Shown: positions 25,301 to 36,799 of the stretch, piece by piece
Position numbering within the stretch: the stretch's first letter is position 1
How the letters are laid out: every line of letters starts with the position of its first letter
Assembly (NCBI RefSeq): GCF_964194025.1
Contig: NC_134470.1
Location: forward strand, 39,432,001-39,496,000
Source of the DNA: Convolutriloba macropyga
Taxonomy: Eukaryota
Direction of reading: 5' to 3'
DNA length: 64,000 bases
The notes under the pieces: generated by a model
Database searches by the model: none
Seen by the model: the letters and a program-made list of their open reading frames with translations, nothing else
Told to the model about the DNA's origin: nothing
Position numbers and translations under genes: made by a program

Positions 25301-28300
25301 GCTCAGCTGAAAATAAAAAAGGCTATGCAAAAATATGCGAAAGGATACACGGGGTATTGGATTATTGTAAAGCTTGCATTGCAATTTGATTTGCGTTGAT
25401 TTTCTGATTTTAAGAAAGGAAATAGATTTTCACATTGAGATGAAATCCACAGCAACTAAGAAATTTCTCGCATTTCATATCGTCGAACTTTTGTTTGGTT
25501 TTCATTTTTTATTTCTTGAATACAGTTTGAGTTGCTCTCAAACGAATTTTGTAACAATTATATTAATCCTGTGGTCTTTTTACGACTCGCAGAGGAGTGT
25601 TGAGATTCTACAGGTTTCCTTTTAAATTTTGACTTCTTTTGTTTCGAACATTTACCTCAGTCAACAACAGTTTTTGATTGTTGACTTCTTTTTTCTATCA
25701 CTGAACTCGAGGCGTTTCTTCCACCTACCTAAATCCTCCACCCATCCCCCACTTACCCCCACCCCTTTCCCACTTACCTTAGGTTATTAATAGCCGCCCT
25801 CATCTTCTCAGCCGGCTATTATAGCGCTCCTATTTTTTTTTACAATTCAAAGAATTTGAATTGTATTGGGGCGCTGTCTTTTTTTTTTTTTAAGATCTGT
25901 TCACACATTTTCATGATTTTTGAAGTCAAATTGGAGTAGTGATTTTGGTCACGCCGAAACAGGAAGTGGAGCGAAAAAGCGAGTGGTTTTGCGGCGTGAA
26001 ATTTTTTCGCTCTAATTTTAAAGTAGAGTGAGAATACGGTGTTTGAACAAAAATTCGCTTTATCGGTAGTGGTTTTTTGTTCACATGCGGCAATTTCTCT
26101 TTGATTTTTTCTGTTTTTTCGAATTTTTGGATCGGATTTTTTTCTAAATGGTTTTCCCAATCCATTCATAGTCCTTTCTAGGTCTAGTTTTCTGTTTAGT
26201 CAATGAAAATGTTTTGAATTGTACGTCAGGACTTGTCCTGCTATGTTTTTTTTACTTCGTCGAATAAAAAAATGTTTCGCTTAACCTCATTTTGCCGCCT
26301 TTTCAACATTTTGCGTGAAATCTTTTTGACTTCTCTAGGCTAGTTTCTCTCTTCTCTCATTCTGCTAAAAGTGATTTTGAACATCAGTTGCTCAGCAAAG
26401 CAATTCAAAATGAACAGAGTTAGTACAAAAATGGATGTCAGAAATAGAAACGGGATAAACCCATAAAGCCCAATTTTAGATGCCCGCTATTTGAACGTCG
26501 TTCCTATAAGTCTTATTTACCATCTCTAATGCTTATTGTTATTGATAGGAGCCCCTGTAGCCTCTCTCTAAGAAACAGAAGTATGTTCAACTACGAAATG
26601 CCATCAAAATAAATCGGACTTAAAAAAATGTTTTTGTACAAAAATCTTTTTTTTTCAATATCTTCTGTTATTTCAATCCCAATCATGCTTATTTGAATCA
26701 ACGGCGGCTATTTTCCGGCAATCTGCCGGGTATGTTTAATTTAGGTTAGTGATTTTATTGCACTACTCTTCGGGTCGTTTCCGGTATTCTTCAGGCTATG
26801 TTTTTGTGATTTCTCGTCTGAACCTTTTAACTTTCGTCCTCAAAAATGGGATGTACAGGTTGCGCCCGGAGGAAATTATGGGCTCTTAGAGCCTCTCTTC
26901 TTACTATACTCTAAGTGTGCAATTGAAATAAATTGTTTTAGAGACATTTTCATGATGAGAAGGGAGGATATTATAATTTGACCCCCCTTCATCCTCTCGG
27001 CAATTAAGTTAAAGCTAGTGATGCTAGCCTCCCTAAACCGTATGTAGCGACTGTCGAAGCCAACCACTCGCCAGTGGTTTGAGAGCAATTCGGCCGACGG
27101 TTGTCGGTTATGTTCTGAATTTTTGAGCTTTCTGGCGTGTTTTCAAGATTTGTTTCTGCCATAGTTTGTGCGAATTCAATTTGCGCGAAGGTGGTAACTA
27201 GTCTGTGAGTTCCAATTGCTGCTCTAAATTGCATATCAAGTATTGATTGAAAAAGTCCCAACTAACGGGACAAATGCGACCTACTTTATAAATGCAATTT
27301 AAATTAAAATCCATTTTTGGTGATCGGTGAGGCAAACTGAGGAATGAATATAATTTACATTACTTGTCTTGGTGTGTCTTTTCACAAGGTCTTTTCATTT
27401 TTAATAGCCGCCCTCATCTTCTCAGCCGGCTATTATTGCGCTCGTATTTTTTTTTACTTCGTCAAACTTTTTTTCGCTTTACCATTTTGCCGCTTTTTCG
27501 ACATTTTGCGTGAAATCTTTTTGACTCCTCTAGGCTAGTTTCTCTCTTCTCTCATTCTGCTAAAAGTGAATTTGAACATCAGTTGCTAAGCAAAGCAATT
27601 CAAAATGAACAGAGTCGGTATGAAAAATTGAAGTCAGAAATAGAAACGGGATAAACCCATAAAGCCCAATTCTAGATGCCCGCTATTTGAACGTCGTTCC
27701 TATAAGTCTTAGTTACCACCTCTAATGCTTATTGGTGTTGATAGTAGCCCCTGTAGTCTCTCTCTCTCTCTAAGAAACAGAAGTATGTTCAACTACGAAA
27801 TGCCATAAAAATAAATCGGACTTAAAAAATATTTTTGTACAAAAATCTTTTTTTTTCAATATCTTCTGTTATTTCAATCCCAATCATGCTTATTTGAATC
27901 AACGGCGGCTATTTTCCGGCAATCTGCCGGGTATGTTTTTCCATTCAGTGTCTCTGTCAGGCTAGTTGCTGTGCCAAGCACAGGCTCGCACGATCCATCT
28001 TGTTTATTTTTCAGTCACGGTCAGTGGAGGATAAAAATTCTCCGAAAATTCTTTTAATAGCCGCAACGCGATAGCTGAGGCTATTTTTGGCCCTCTCTTG
28101 GTTTTTACGAAGAGGAGTATTGGTTTTCGGAGGAGCAGGGTATTGATTTTCTTGAGATTTTCTAAAACTGGAAGTATCGTTTGTTCAAACGACCTAAAAG
28201 CGGAAGTAAATTTTTGAATGAACTATTTTTTTCTCAGCCAAAGAAGTTTTTTGATCATGCGCGGCCTTCAGTGAATGCCTTTTCGACTTTGAAAAGTGTT

Positions 28301-31300
28301 TGTGAGAGAATGGTGCATATAGATAACCCGTTTTCATCCTTTTGGCTCAATTTCTTTCCTTGTAATTTGGTTTTTTGTAAAAAATAGTTTTGACCAAAGC
28401 TGCCTTAATATGTAGCTCTTTGAAATTGATACCACAAAGTTTTTGAGAGCATAATAATGCGTTTCAAGTGCAAAATAGGCACCTGTTTCTCTATTTTTGG
28501 AATTTTTTATTTGGTTTCTTTTGCTAAAAAAATAAGTACCTTTGCAACATCCTCTTGACAATTCATGCATTTGGCATATCTCTTTAAATTGGTTTATTTT
28601 TTTGTGTTTTATAAAATTGTACATATACTAATCCACTTTAGCAGTTTTTTTCCAATTTTTGTGTTTTTAGTTTTTTAGATTTAATTTCTAGAAAATATTT
28701 TTTAATGCTCCGGCACGGATTTCAATGTTGTGCTATGAATAATTCGTTTAGTTTTTCGCGTTGTTTTTGCAATATTGTGAAAAATTTGTTTCCTTAACGC
28801 ACTTTAACAATATTTTGACAATTTTTTTGCAAAATACTTCAGTGTTTCGAATCGCCGAACTACTTCACCTTTTATTTAGACAAGAGATTGGGTATGTATT
28901 TTTCTGAACCACGATCGCCAAGTAAAGTTTTCTGTTTTTCTACTTCATTTTCCTATTTGATTTTTTACTTTCAAAAATTTTGGAAGTAGTTTCGTTTTTT
29001 ATTTTTTGGAATGTTTTTGTGTTATCATTACTCTAGCATTCTCCTTGTTCTAGAATTCTTTTCAGACCTAGAATTTATTAGCGGTATTTTATTCGTTAAA
29101 AACTTGTCCTTTTTTGTTAGATTTTTCAGCTTAAGTTTTTATTGATTTGGAATTGATTTCATATAATGCAGCACTTAGACTTTTCCGGAGTTAGTCTGCT
29201 ATCTCGCAAGAGAGAAATATATCTTTTTTGCCCTAATTTTTCTTTGCTGTGACTCGATTTTCTCGATTCCTCTTATTTTTTTAAGGCAATTTGGTTTCCA
29301 TTATTAATACCTGGAATATCTTTTCCGACTCGGCCGCAGAGTTAGTTCTCGTGACAATATTTAGCCCGGTCAGTTTTTTTGACCCGCTGAATTATTTTCG
29401 ATCCCACAAAGTTTTTGAGAGCACAAAGTTTTTGAGAGCATAATAATGCGTTTCAAGTGCAAAATAGGCACCTGTTTCTCTATTTTTGGAATTTTTTATT
29501 GGTTTCTTTTGCTAAAAAAATAAGTACCTTTGCAACATCCTCTTGACAATTCATGCATTTGGCATATCTCTTTAAATTGGTTTATTTTTTTGTGTTTTAT
29601 AAAATTGTACATATACTAATCCACTTTAGCAGTTTTTTTCCAATTTTTGTGTTTTTAGTTTTTTAGATTTAATTTCTAGAAAATATTTTTTAATGCTCCG
29701 GCACGGATTTCAATGTTGTGCTATGAATAATTCGTTTAGTTTTTCGCGTTGTTTTTGCAATATTGTGAAAAATTTGTTTCCTTAACGCACTTTAACAATA
29801 TTTTGACAATTTTTTTTGCAAAATACTTCAGTGTTTCGAATCGCCGAACTACTTCACCTTTTATTTAGACAAGAGATTGGGTATGTATTTTTCTGAACCA
29901 CGATCGCCAAGTAAAGTTTTCTGTTTTTCTACTTCATTTTCCTATTTGATTTTTTACTTTCAAAAATTTTGGAAGTAGTTTCGTTTTTTATTTTTTGGAA
30001 TGTTTTTGTGTTATCATTACTCTAGCATTCTCCTTGTTCTAGAATTCTTTTCAGACCTAGAATTTATTAGCGGTATTTTATTCGTTAAAAACTTGTCCTT
30101 TTTTGTTAGATTTTTCAGCTTAAGTTTTTATTGATTTGGAATTGATTTCATATAATGCAGCACTTAGACTTTTCCGGAGTTAGTCTGCTATCTCGCAAGA
30201 GAGAAATATATCTTTTTTTGCCCTAATTTTTCTTTGCTGTGACTCGATTTTCTCGATTCCTCTTATTTTTTTAAGGCAATTTGGTTTCCATTATTAATAC
30301 CTGGAATATCTTTTCCGACTCGGCCGCAGAGTTAGTTCTCGTGACAATATTTAGCCCGGTCAGTTTTTTTGACCCGCTGAATTATTTTCGATCCTAAGAA
30401 TTTGGGCCAATTTTTAACGTTTCCAGATGCTTTTAGTAATATGAAAGTTTGTGGTATCAAAATATCACACAGTGTCTGTCAAAATTAGTTGTTGAGATTT
30501 TTTTTAATAGCTGCTGGCAGCCATTATTTAGGCGCTCTTTTTTGAATTCGGTTTACCTTTTCATCACGTTTTTCGTTTTACATGAGTCACAATTTTTACT
30601 TCTGAATTAACTCACTGACCGTTTCAGCTGAATGTCTTTTACGTTATTTCATGGATTGAATTACGCAATGTAGTGAATACAGTCAACGGAAACTGGATAA
30701 ACTGATAATGCCCGGTCGTTAAGTCATAGAGCATTGGGTTATCAAAGTTCGTTTGAGTGATTGCTAGCTGACATTAATTAAGCTTAATAGCTTGGTTTCG
30801 AAGCTGAATTAGTTATAGTTTTAGAATTTAACTGAAACTGCACTTTTTTGACACTGAAAAAGAACTGGGTCAGTTATTTTTCGGCAATTCGCCGGCTTTG
30901 TTTTGAATAGGTTCTTATGATGTCCAATTGATGTAGTATTTGTTTGTATGTGAGCTAGCTCGATGATGTCAATGCTCAAATTTTTCTTTTTAAGGTATAT
31001 TTTATGAAATATTTTCAATTCTGACGAGGTAAAGAATAACTGTTTCCAGACAAAGATAATGGTTTCGACTGTACTAAGGGTTTTGCTGGTGAAGTTCCTA
31101 GACTTCGAGTTGCTTCCGGAGTTCTTCTGGTCATGTTTTTAAACCAGAAGTACTATTTGCTCGAACGGTTTTTTGATCTAAATGCGAAAGTTAGTAAAAT
31201 TGTCGTATGAACTAATTTTTTCTCCGCGAGAAGTATTTTGATCATGCGCTGCCTTATTAAATGACTTTTTTTTGAAAAGTGCTTTGATAGAATGGCGCAT

Positions 31301-34300
31301 CTAGATAACCATTTCTGGCCGTGTTTTGTCCATTTGGTTCAGTTTTCCCTGTAATTTGGTTTTCTGTTCAACTAGTTTTTCAAAGCTGTATGAATATATA
31401 AATTGATGCTACAAAGTTTTTGTGATCCTAAAAATGCGTTTTAAGTGCAAATTAGGCATATTTCTTTATTTTTTGTTAAATTGGATATTTTCACTGATTT
31501 TTATTATGGAAAGGAGGTCCTTTGGCAACGTCCTTTTGACAATTTTTACCTTAGACACATCTCTTTAACTTAGTCATATATGTTTCATAGAATTTTTCTT
31601 ATACTAATCCGATTTTGGCTTTTGTACATTTTTCTCAGCTTTTCCGTTTGTGTTTTTGGGGTTTTAATTTCTGGAAAGTCTTTCTGTGCACAGGCACAAA
31701 TTTTACTTTTGTGTTATGAACAGTTAGTTTATTTTTTGGAGTTTCATGGAAATTCAGTGAAAAATTTGTTTCAAAAGCCCAGTTTTAACAATATTTCCAC
31801 ATTTTTGTTTGCAAAGTATTTTGCATCAAATCTTTGCACTGATTCAATTTTTTGATTGAGTCAACAGTTTAGGAATTTAATCTTCTGGGACTTGAATACT
31901 AATTAAAATTATATATTTTCTACTTCGTTTTCCTGTTTGCTTTTTTTGGCTTGGAAGTTTACCTCGAAACAATCTTTTTATTCGTTTGTTCTTGTTTTCT
32001 CAATGTTTTTGAATTTTGAATACTCTAGCATGTATCGTTCTAGCATTCTCCTCAGACCTACATTTTTATTGTCTCTGATTTTTTATTCGTTAAGAAGTTT
32101 TAATTATTTTTTGTTAGATTTTTTATAATTTTTTGTTGGTTTGCAATTGATTCCGTAAATAATGCAGCACTTAGAGTTTGTTCAATTTTGAAATGTTAAG
32201 TTTTGTGGTTTTTGGGCTAGGTTTTTAATAAACAAAATTTTGCTTTTGAGGATTTTTCTGTTATTCAATGATTTGAATTCATTTCATTTTCTATCTCCCA
32301 ACAAGAGAAAAATTAAGTGGAGCGCCAGAGAAAATGTTTAGTGTTTTCTTGAGTCCCCTTAATTTTAGTTTTCTTTTATTCGGAAGGCAGTTTGGTTTTT
32401 AGTGGTGATACCTGCCTTATGCTGCTTTTGGGTCGCAGTTGCGGAACTAATTTTCAAAAATTATTTAGTTACTTTGTGACAATTTTTATGCCGGTCTATC
32501 TTTTCAGCCCATGAAAATTATTTGATAGTAAGGATTTTGGCCAATTTTCAATGTTACCAGATATGTTTTAAGTGATATGAAAGTTTATGGTATCAAGATA
32601 TCAAAATTAGTGTCCGCTGTCATAATTATGTCTTTAGATTTAGATTTTGGAGTCTTTCTTATGATCTTTTACTGATGTTGTATTTGTTTTCATGTTAACT
32701 AGTTTCAATGATGTCGAACTTGTGAAAAAGAGAAAAAGATTTTATTTTTGCTGAAATCTGTCGTAATGAAGTATAAATTTTTTACCAAATATTTTCACCG
32801 AATCTGGTAAGGTTAAGAATGACTTTTAAGACAAAAGATAATGTATTCGGCTTTAGTAACGGTTTTGTTGATGAAGTTCTGGCGCTTCCGGATTTTTTCC
32901 GGCTATGTTTTTTGTTTTATTTCGTCTTTAAAATTTTTGTTACGACCATATGACGTTACTATCACTTCAAATATGCTTTTTGTTTATTCGTTCGTGCAAT
33001 TTCAACTGAATTGCGTGTGTGACCTCATATTCCACTCTTAGTAGAGCGAGTTTTTTTACAATTTAAAGAATTTGAATTGTATTGGGGCGCTGTCTTTTTT
33101 TAAAGATCTGTTCACACATTTTCATGATTTTTGAAGTCAAATTGGAGTAGTGATTTTGGTCACGCCGAAATAGGAAATGGAGCGAAAAAGCGAGTGATTT
33201 TGCGGCGTGATTTTTTTTCGCTCTAATTTTAAAGTATAGTGAGAAAACGGTGTTTGAACAAAAATTCGGTTTCTCGGTAGTGGTTTTTTGTTCACATGCG
33301 GTAATTTACTGTTTTTTCGATTTTTTTGGAGCGGATTTTTTCTAGATGGTTTTCCCAAACCATTCAAAGCTCATTCTAGGCCTAGTTTTTTGTTTGAATT
33401 AAATTTTCATTTCTCGCTAGTGGTTTTTTGTTCACATGCGGCATTTTGATATTGATTTTCTGTTTTTTTTCTTATATTTTATCTGATTTTTTTTTAAAAT
33501 GGTTTTATCAATTCACTCATAGTCCATTCTAGGTCTAGTTTTTCTGTTTAGTCAATCAAAATTATTTGAATTGTACGTCAAGACTTGTCCTGCTATGTTT
33601 TTTTCATTTGCGTAATTAATTTTTGGTCACACGTGACTTACCTCACTCTCGAAAATGACTTCCTCACTCAATAATTTGTGTTCTGTCCAAGAATTTGACT
33701 GTTCTTCACTTTAATTGAAAGAGATAAGGTTAAGTGAATGTGTGTGTCACTCTAATTGAAGGTTATTTGAGGTCATCTAATAGAAGCAGCCTTAATTATA
33801 CAGATTCTCAATCAAAATATTACATATCAGCGTTTAATAAAAATTTCTTTTGCTCGGCTTCTTTTACTATCTTTTTGAGACTGCAGATCTAGGAAGCTAT
33901 TGCGGCTATTTTCTGGCAATCTGACGGTTATGTTTGTGTTGTTTGTTATCAGTATTGTTTGGGTATCCGTTTCTTAGCACTGCAAGGTAAGAAGTTATTC
34001 TGAAGGTGCTTCTTTGCTTAGTTTAAATTTATTAGCAACAATAGTATTTAAAATATACCTTTCTTTGAGCAAATTGTAAAGTTGCGTTTAAACTATTTGA
34101 TACTCAGCTGTTTTTGGAATGTTTGAATGAATAAATCGTAAAGCGTGGCAATGAATAGATGTGAAAAAAAGTGAAATCTTTTTTATATAGGACTACATGT
34201 ACGTATGTGACCAGCTGAGGTCTGTGAGGCAAGACCTGACAGTGCAGTGCATTAGGGATGACTTCACAGTCACAGTGTACGAAACACACGCCCGAGTGGC

Positions 34301-36799
34301 CATAGAGCAGGGCGACTACCAGGAATTCAACCAGTGCCAGACTCAGCTCAAGGCGCTCTACAATGAAGGTATGCCTGCCTCCTTCGCGGATTAATATTAT
34401 TTTTAATAGCCGCACAGCGATAGCTGGGCTATTATTGGCCTTCTCTTGGTTTTTTTTTACAATTCAAAGAATTTGAATTGTATTGGGGCGCTGTCTTTTT
34501 ACGACTCGGAGTATTGGAGAAGTCATTTTTTAAATCAATTTTAGGAGTGATTTTTGAAGCGGGAAATTGAAAAGCGTGAAAAAATTTGGAGTGATTTTTG
34601 TGCTGAACAAAAGTGAAGAGTGGAGCGAAAAGAGAGTGGTGCGAAAAGAGAATGTGTGAAAAAATTTTCTCTAAGCGAGCGAAATTTTTTTGTTCACGTG
34701 CGGCTTTTAAAAGCAGTATTTTTGAAACGTTTGATGGTTCTGAGGTTTGATTATGATATTGTATTAGTTTTAGGCTTGCTGTGATAGGAATTGAAGGTTT
34801 CCAGTAGTTAATTTGAGATTAATACTAATTTCGAGGTTTTGGATCAGTTTTGATGATTTTTAGACGATATTTAATAATTTTTTGCCTGTTTTTTTTTTGT
34901 TTTACTGCTTTAAGTGGGATTTGAATAGAAGCTTGTTACCTAAGGAATTTTCTTTCAGATACCAATTGATTAAAGTTTTGTTGGTATAAAATATTTTTTT
35001 CTAAGTAAAAATGACATAAAATTTGAGAAATTTCAAACCATTTTTCTTTTTTTTTGCAGTTATTGTTTGTAATCAAGTTTTTTTAAGCCCATTATGACTT
35101 ACCCATTGCTTTGCGAGATTTTCATTGCTCTAATTGCAAAGGAACTTTACTATTAAAAAAACTCATTATTAAGTTTGTCTAGGTTTTTTTGTTCAATTTG
35201 TTTTTGAATGCCGTTTCTATTCTTCCTTATTTTTATGGCATTTGTGAAGGTTTAGGCTTCGCAATAGTTGTTCTAGTTGTTTAGTCATAATTATGGGCAA
35301 TTTTCTCCGAGTCGTTTCCGGAATTCTTCCGGCTATGTTTTTTTTAAGATCTGTTCACACATTTTCATGATTTTTGAAGTCAAATTGGAGTAGTGATTTT
35401 GGTCACGCCGAAACAGGAAGTGGATCGAAAAAGCGAGTGGTTTTGCTGCGTGATGTTTTTTTGCTGTAATTTTGAATCAGAGTGAGAAAACGGTGTTTGA
35501 ACAAAAATGCGCTTTCTCGCTAGTGGTTTTTTGTTCACATGCGGCAATTTCACTTTGGTTTTTACTGTTTTTTCTATTTACTGGATCGGATTTTTTCTAA
35601 ATGGTTTTCCCAATTAACTCATAGTCTGTTTTAGGTCTAGTGTTTTGTTTAGTCAATGGAAATTCTTTGAATTGTACGTCAGGACTTGTCCTGCTATGTT
35701 TTTTTTTCGTCGTCGCGATTTTTGTTACGACCATATGACGTCACAACCACTTTTAAATCTGCTTTTTGTTCATTCATTCATGCAATTTCAACTGAATTGC
35801 GTGCGTGACGTCATTTTTTAGTGGAGCGAGTTTTTTGTTCATTCGCGTGATTAAGTTTTTGGTCACATTTGACTTACCTCACTCTCAAAAATGACTTCCT
35901 CACTTTGAAATTGACTTTTATTTACCTTAGTTCAAAGAGATAAGGTCAAATGGGTATGTGTCACTCTAGATGAAGGTTATTTGAGAGCAATTAATAGAGG
36001 CAGCAAAAACTTATACAGATTTTCAATCAAAATATAACATATAAGCCTTCAATGAAAAGACGAGTTTTTTTTGGTCTGTCTTTTTTACTGTTTTTTAGAC
36101 TGCAGATCTACAAAGCTATTGCGGCTATTTTCTGGCAATCTGCCAGCTATGTTTTGATGTTTGTTGTTAATTTTATTCGGGAAATTTTGTTAACTAACTG
36201 CGGTATATCACTGTCGCTGTGAAGCGTATGCTAAGATTCAGTAAGGTGTTTCTTTTCCTAGAGCCCCATAATTGTTTTTCGGTTTGATATTTGCAGAAGA
36301 ATATATTAACTATTGGTTTTGTGAGCGTACAAGTTTGCCGTGCGCAACAACGGAGTGAAAATATGGTTCTGTTTTAGGACTTGCTGGGGCTTGTTGGGAG
36401 TTCACAGCATACCGTCTCCACTATTACATCTTCACAAATGCCCCTAACGACTGCATTCACTACATGCGGACACTCACTGACGAGGGAAAAGCTTACGAAG
36501 TGGTGAAACACGCAGTGGATGTGTTCAAGTCTTGGTCACACGGGAACTATGTTGGATTTTTCAAACTATACAAAAATGCGCCCTTGATGAGCGGCTATAT
36601 GATGGATTTGGTGATTGAGAGAGAACGAAAGAAGGCTTTGAAGATAGTTTGCAAAGTGTACAGACCTACGATTGAGATCACATATTTGGCCGAAGTGTTA
36701 GCATTTGATGATTACGATGCATGTGTTGCTTTTTTAGTTGGCCAAGGTTATACCTTGGAAAATCAAACTCTAGATTGTAGAAAAGCGCCAAGCCAGTAA
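21846..36799 (+). CDS. LENG8: Leukocyte receptor cluster member 8 homolog (LENG8/THP3; SAC3/GANP-PCI domain), join(21846..22354,22558..24400,34191..34368,36378..36799), about 983 aa
   Basis: GT-AG introns with matching phases (2,0,1); total 2952 nt, divisible by 3. LENG8 motifs: [117 protein letters not shown]. Confidence 0.93.
22558..24400 (+). CDS. LENG8: LENG8 coding exon 2 (Q/G/N-rich, RS-rich, RGG repeats, start of SAC3 domain)
   Basis: Acceptor TTTGTTTAG|G; donor AAG|GTAATA at 24401; open frame of 1843 nt. Confidence 0.92.
25787..26736 (+). mobile_element. HINE family B1 (subTIR AATAGCCGC), interrupted by a family-C copy
   Basis: 5' TTAATAGCCGC..CGGCTATTA hairpin; 3' GCGGCTATT-TT-CCGGCAATCTGCCGG-GTATGTT. 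Removing 25840-26247 reconstitutes the 27401-27937 copy. Confidence 0.85.
25840..26247 (+). mobile_element. HINE family C (subTIR TACAATTCAA), about 410 bp
   Basis: 5' TACAATTCAAA-GAA-TTTGAATTGTA palindrome; 3' TTGAATTGTA-CGT-CAGGACTTGTCCTG-CTATGTT. Confidence 0.85.
27401..27937 (+). mobile_element. HINE family B1, intact uninterrupted copy (537 bp)
   Basis: Both termini present; inserted in a T-run with no obvious target-site duplication. Confidence 0.85.
28433..30394. repeat. Near-perfect tandem duplication, unit about 972 bp (28433-29404 / 29422-30394)
   Basis: The sequence repeats almost base for base, with a 17-bp stutter at the junction. Confidence 0.95.
30504..30902 (+). mobile_element. 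HINE family B3 (about 400 bp)
   Basis: 5' TTAATAGCTGCTGGCAGCCATTATTTAGGCGCTC; 3' CGGCAATTCGCCGG-CTTTGTT; body homologous to 60503-60949. Confidence 0.65.
33057..33599 (+). mobile_element. HINE family C copy nested in B2
   Basis: TACAATTTAAAGAATTTGAATTGTA start; TTGAATTGTACGTCAAGACTTGTCCTGCTATGTT end. Confidence 0.8.
34191..34368 (+). CDS. LENG8: LENG8 coding exon 3
   Basis: Acceptor TTTTATATAG|GAC; encodes [19 protein letters not shown]...KALYNE; donor G|GTATGC. Confidence 0.93.
34403..36153 (+). mobile_element. HINE family B2 containing C (34457-35700), which contains D (34499-35339)
   Basis: Three 5' termini in series (AATAGCCGC; TACAATTCAA; ACGACTCGG) and three cognate 3' termini in reverse order (CCGAGTCGT+CCGGAATTCTTCCGG; TTGAATTGTA+CAGGACTTGTCCTG; GCGGCTATT+CTGGCAATCTGCCAG), each ending CTATGTT. 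Confidence 0.85.
36378..36799 (+). CDS. LENG8: LENG8 coding exon 4 (terminal)
   Basis: Acceptor GTTTTAG|GA, phase 1; encodes [19 protein letters not shown]...LDCRKAPSQ, then stop. Confidence 0.93.

Larger units (their letters stand above)
25580..26802 (+). mobile_element. HINE family D (subTIR ACGACTCG) hosting nested B1 and C copies
   Basis: 5' TTTTACGACTCGCAGAGGAGT; 3' CGGGTCGTTT-CCGGTATTCTTCAGG-CTATGTT. Matches the termini of the copy at 34499-35339. Confidence 0.6.
28106..32908 (+). mobile_element. Two diverged D-like elements (about 28106-31137 and 31140-32908) inside B2
   Basis: D-type 3' ends TTCCGGAGTTCTTCTGGTCATGTT (about 31137) and TTCCGGATTTTTTCCGGCTATGTT (about 32908). The two bodies are mutually homologous (e.g. 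TTTTGATCATGCGC at about 28250 and 31236). Confidence 0.55.
28054..33934 (+). mobile_element. HINE family B2 expanded to 5.9 kb by nested inserts
   Basis: 5' TTAATAGCCGCAACGCGATAGCTGAGGCTATT. Body resumes at about 32915 (TTTCGTC..TTACGACCATATGACG) and 33600. 3' GCGGCTATTTTCTGGCAATCTGACGGTTATGTT. Compare the simple copy at 56975-57476. Confidence 0.75.

Noticed and set aside
25787-36153. Recurring hairpin motifs as a CRISPR-like array, terminators or ncRNA genes
   Set aside because: The context is eukaryotic and intronic and spacing is irregular; the hairpins pair up as cognate 5' and 3' ends of interspersed elements.
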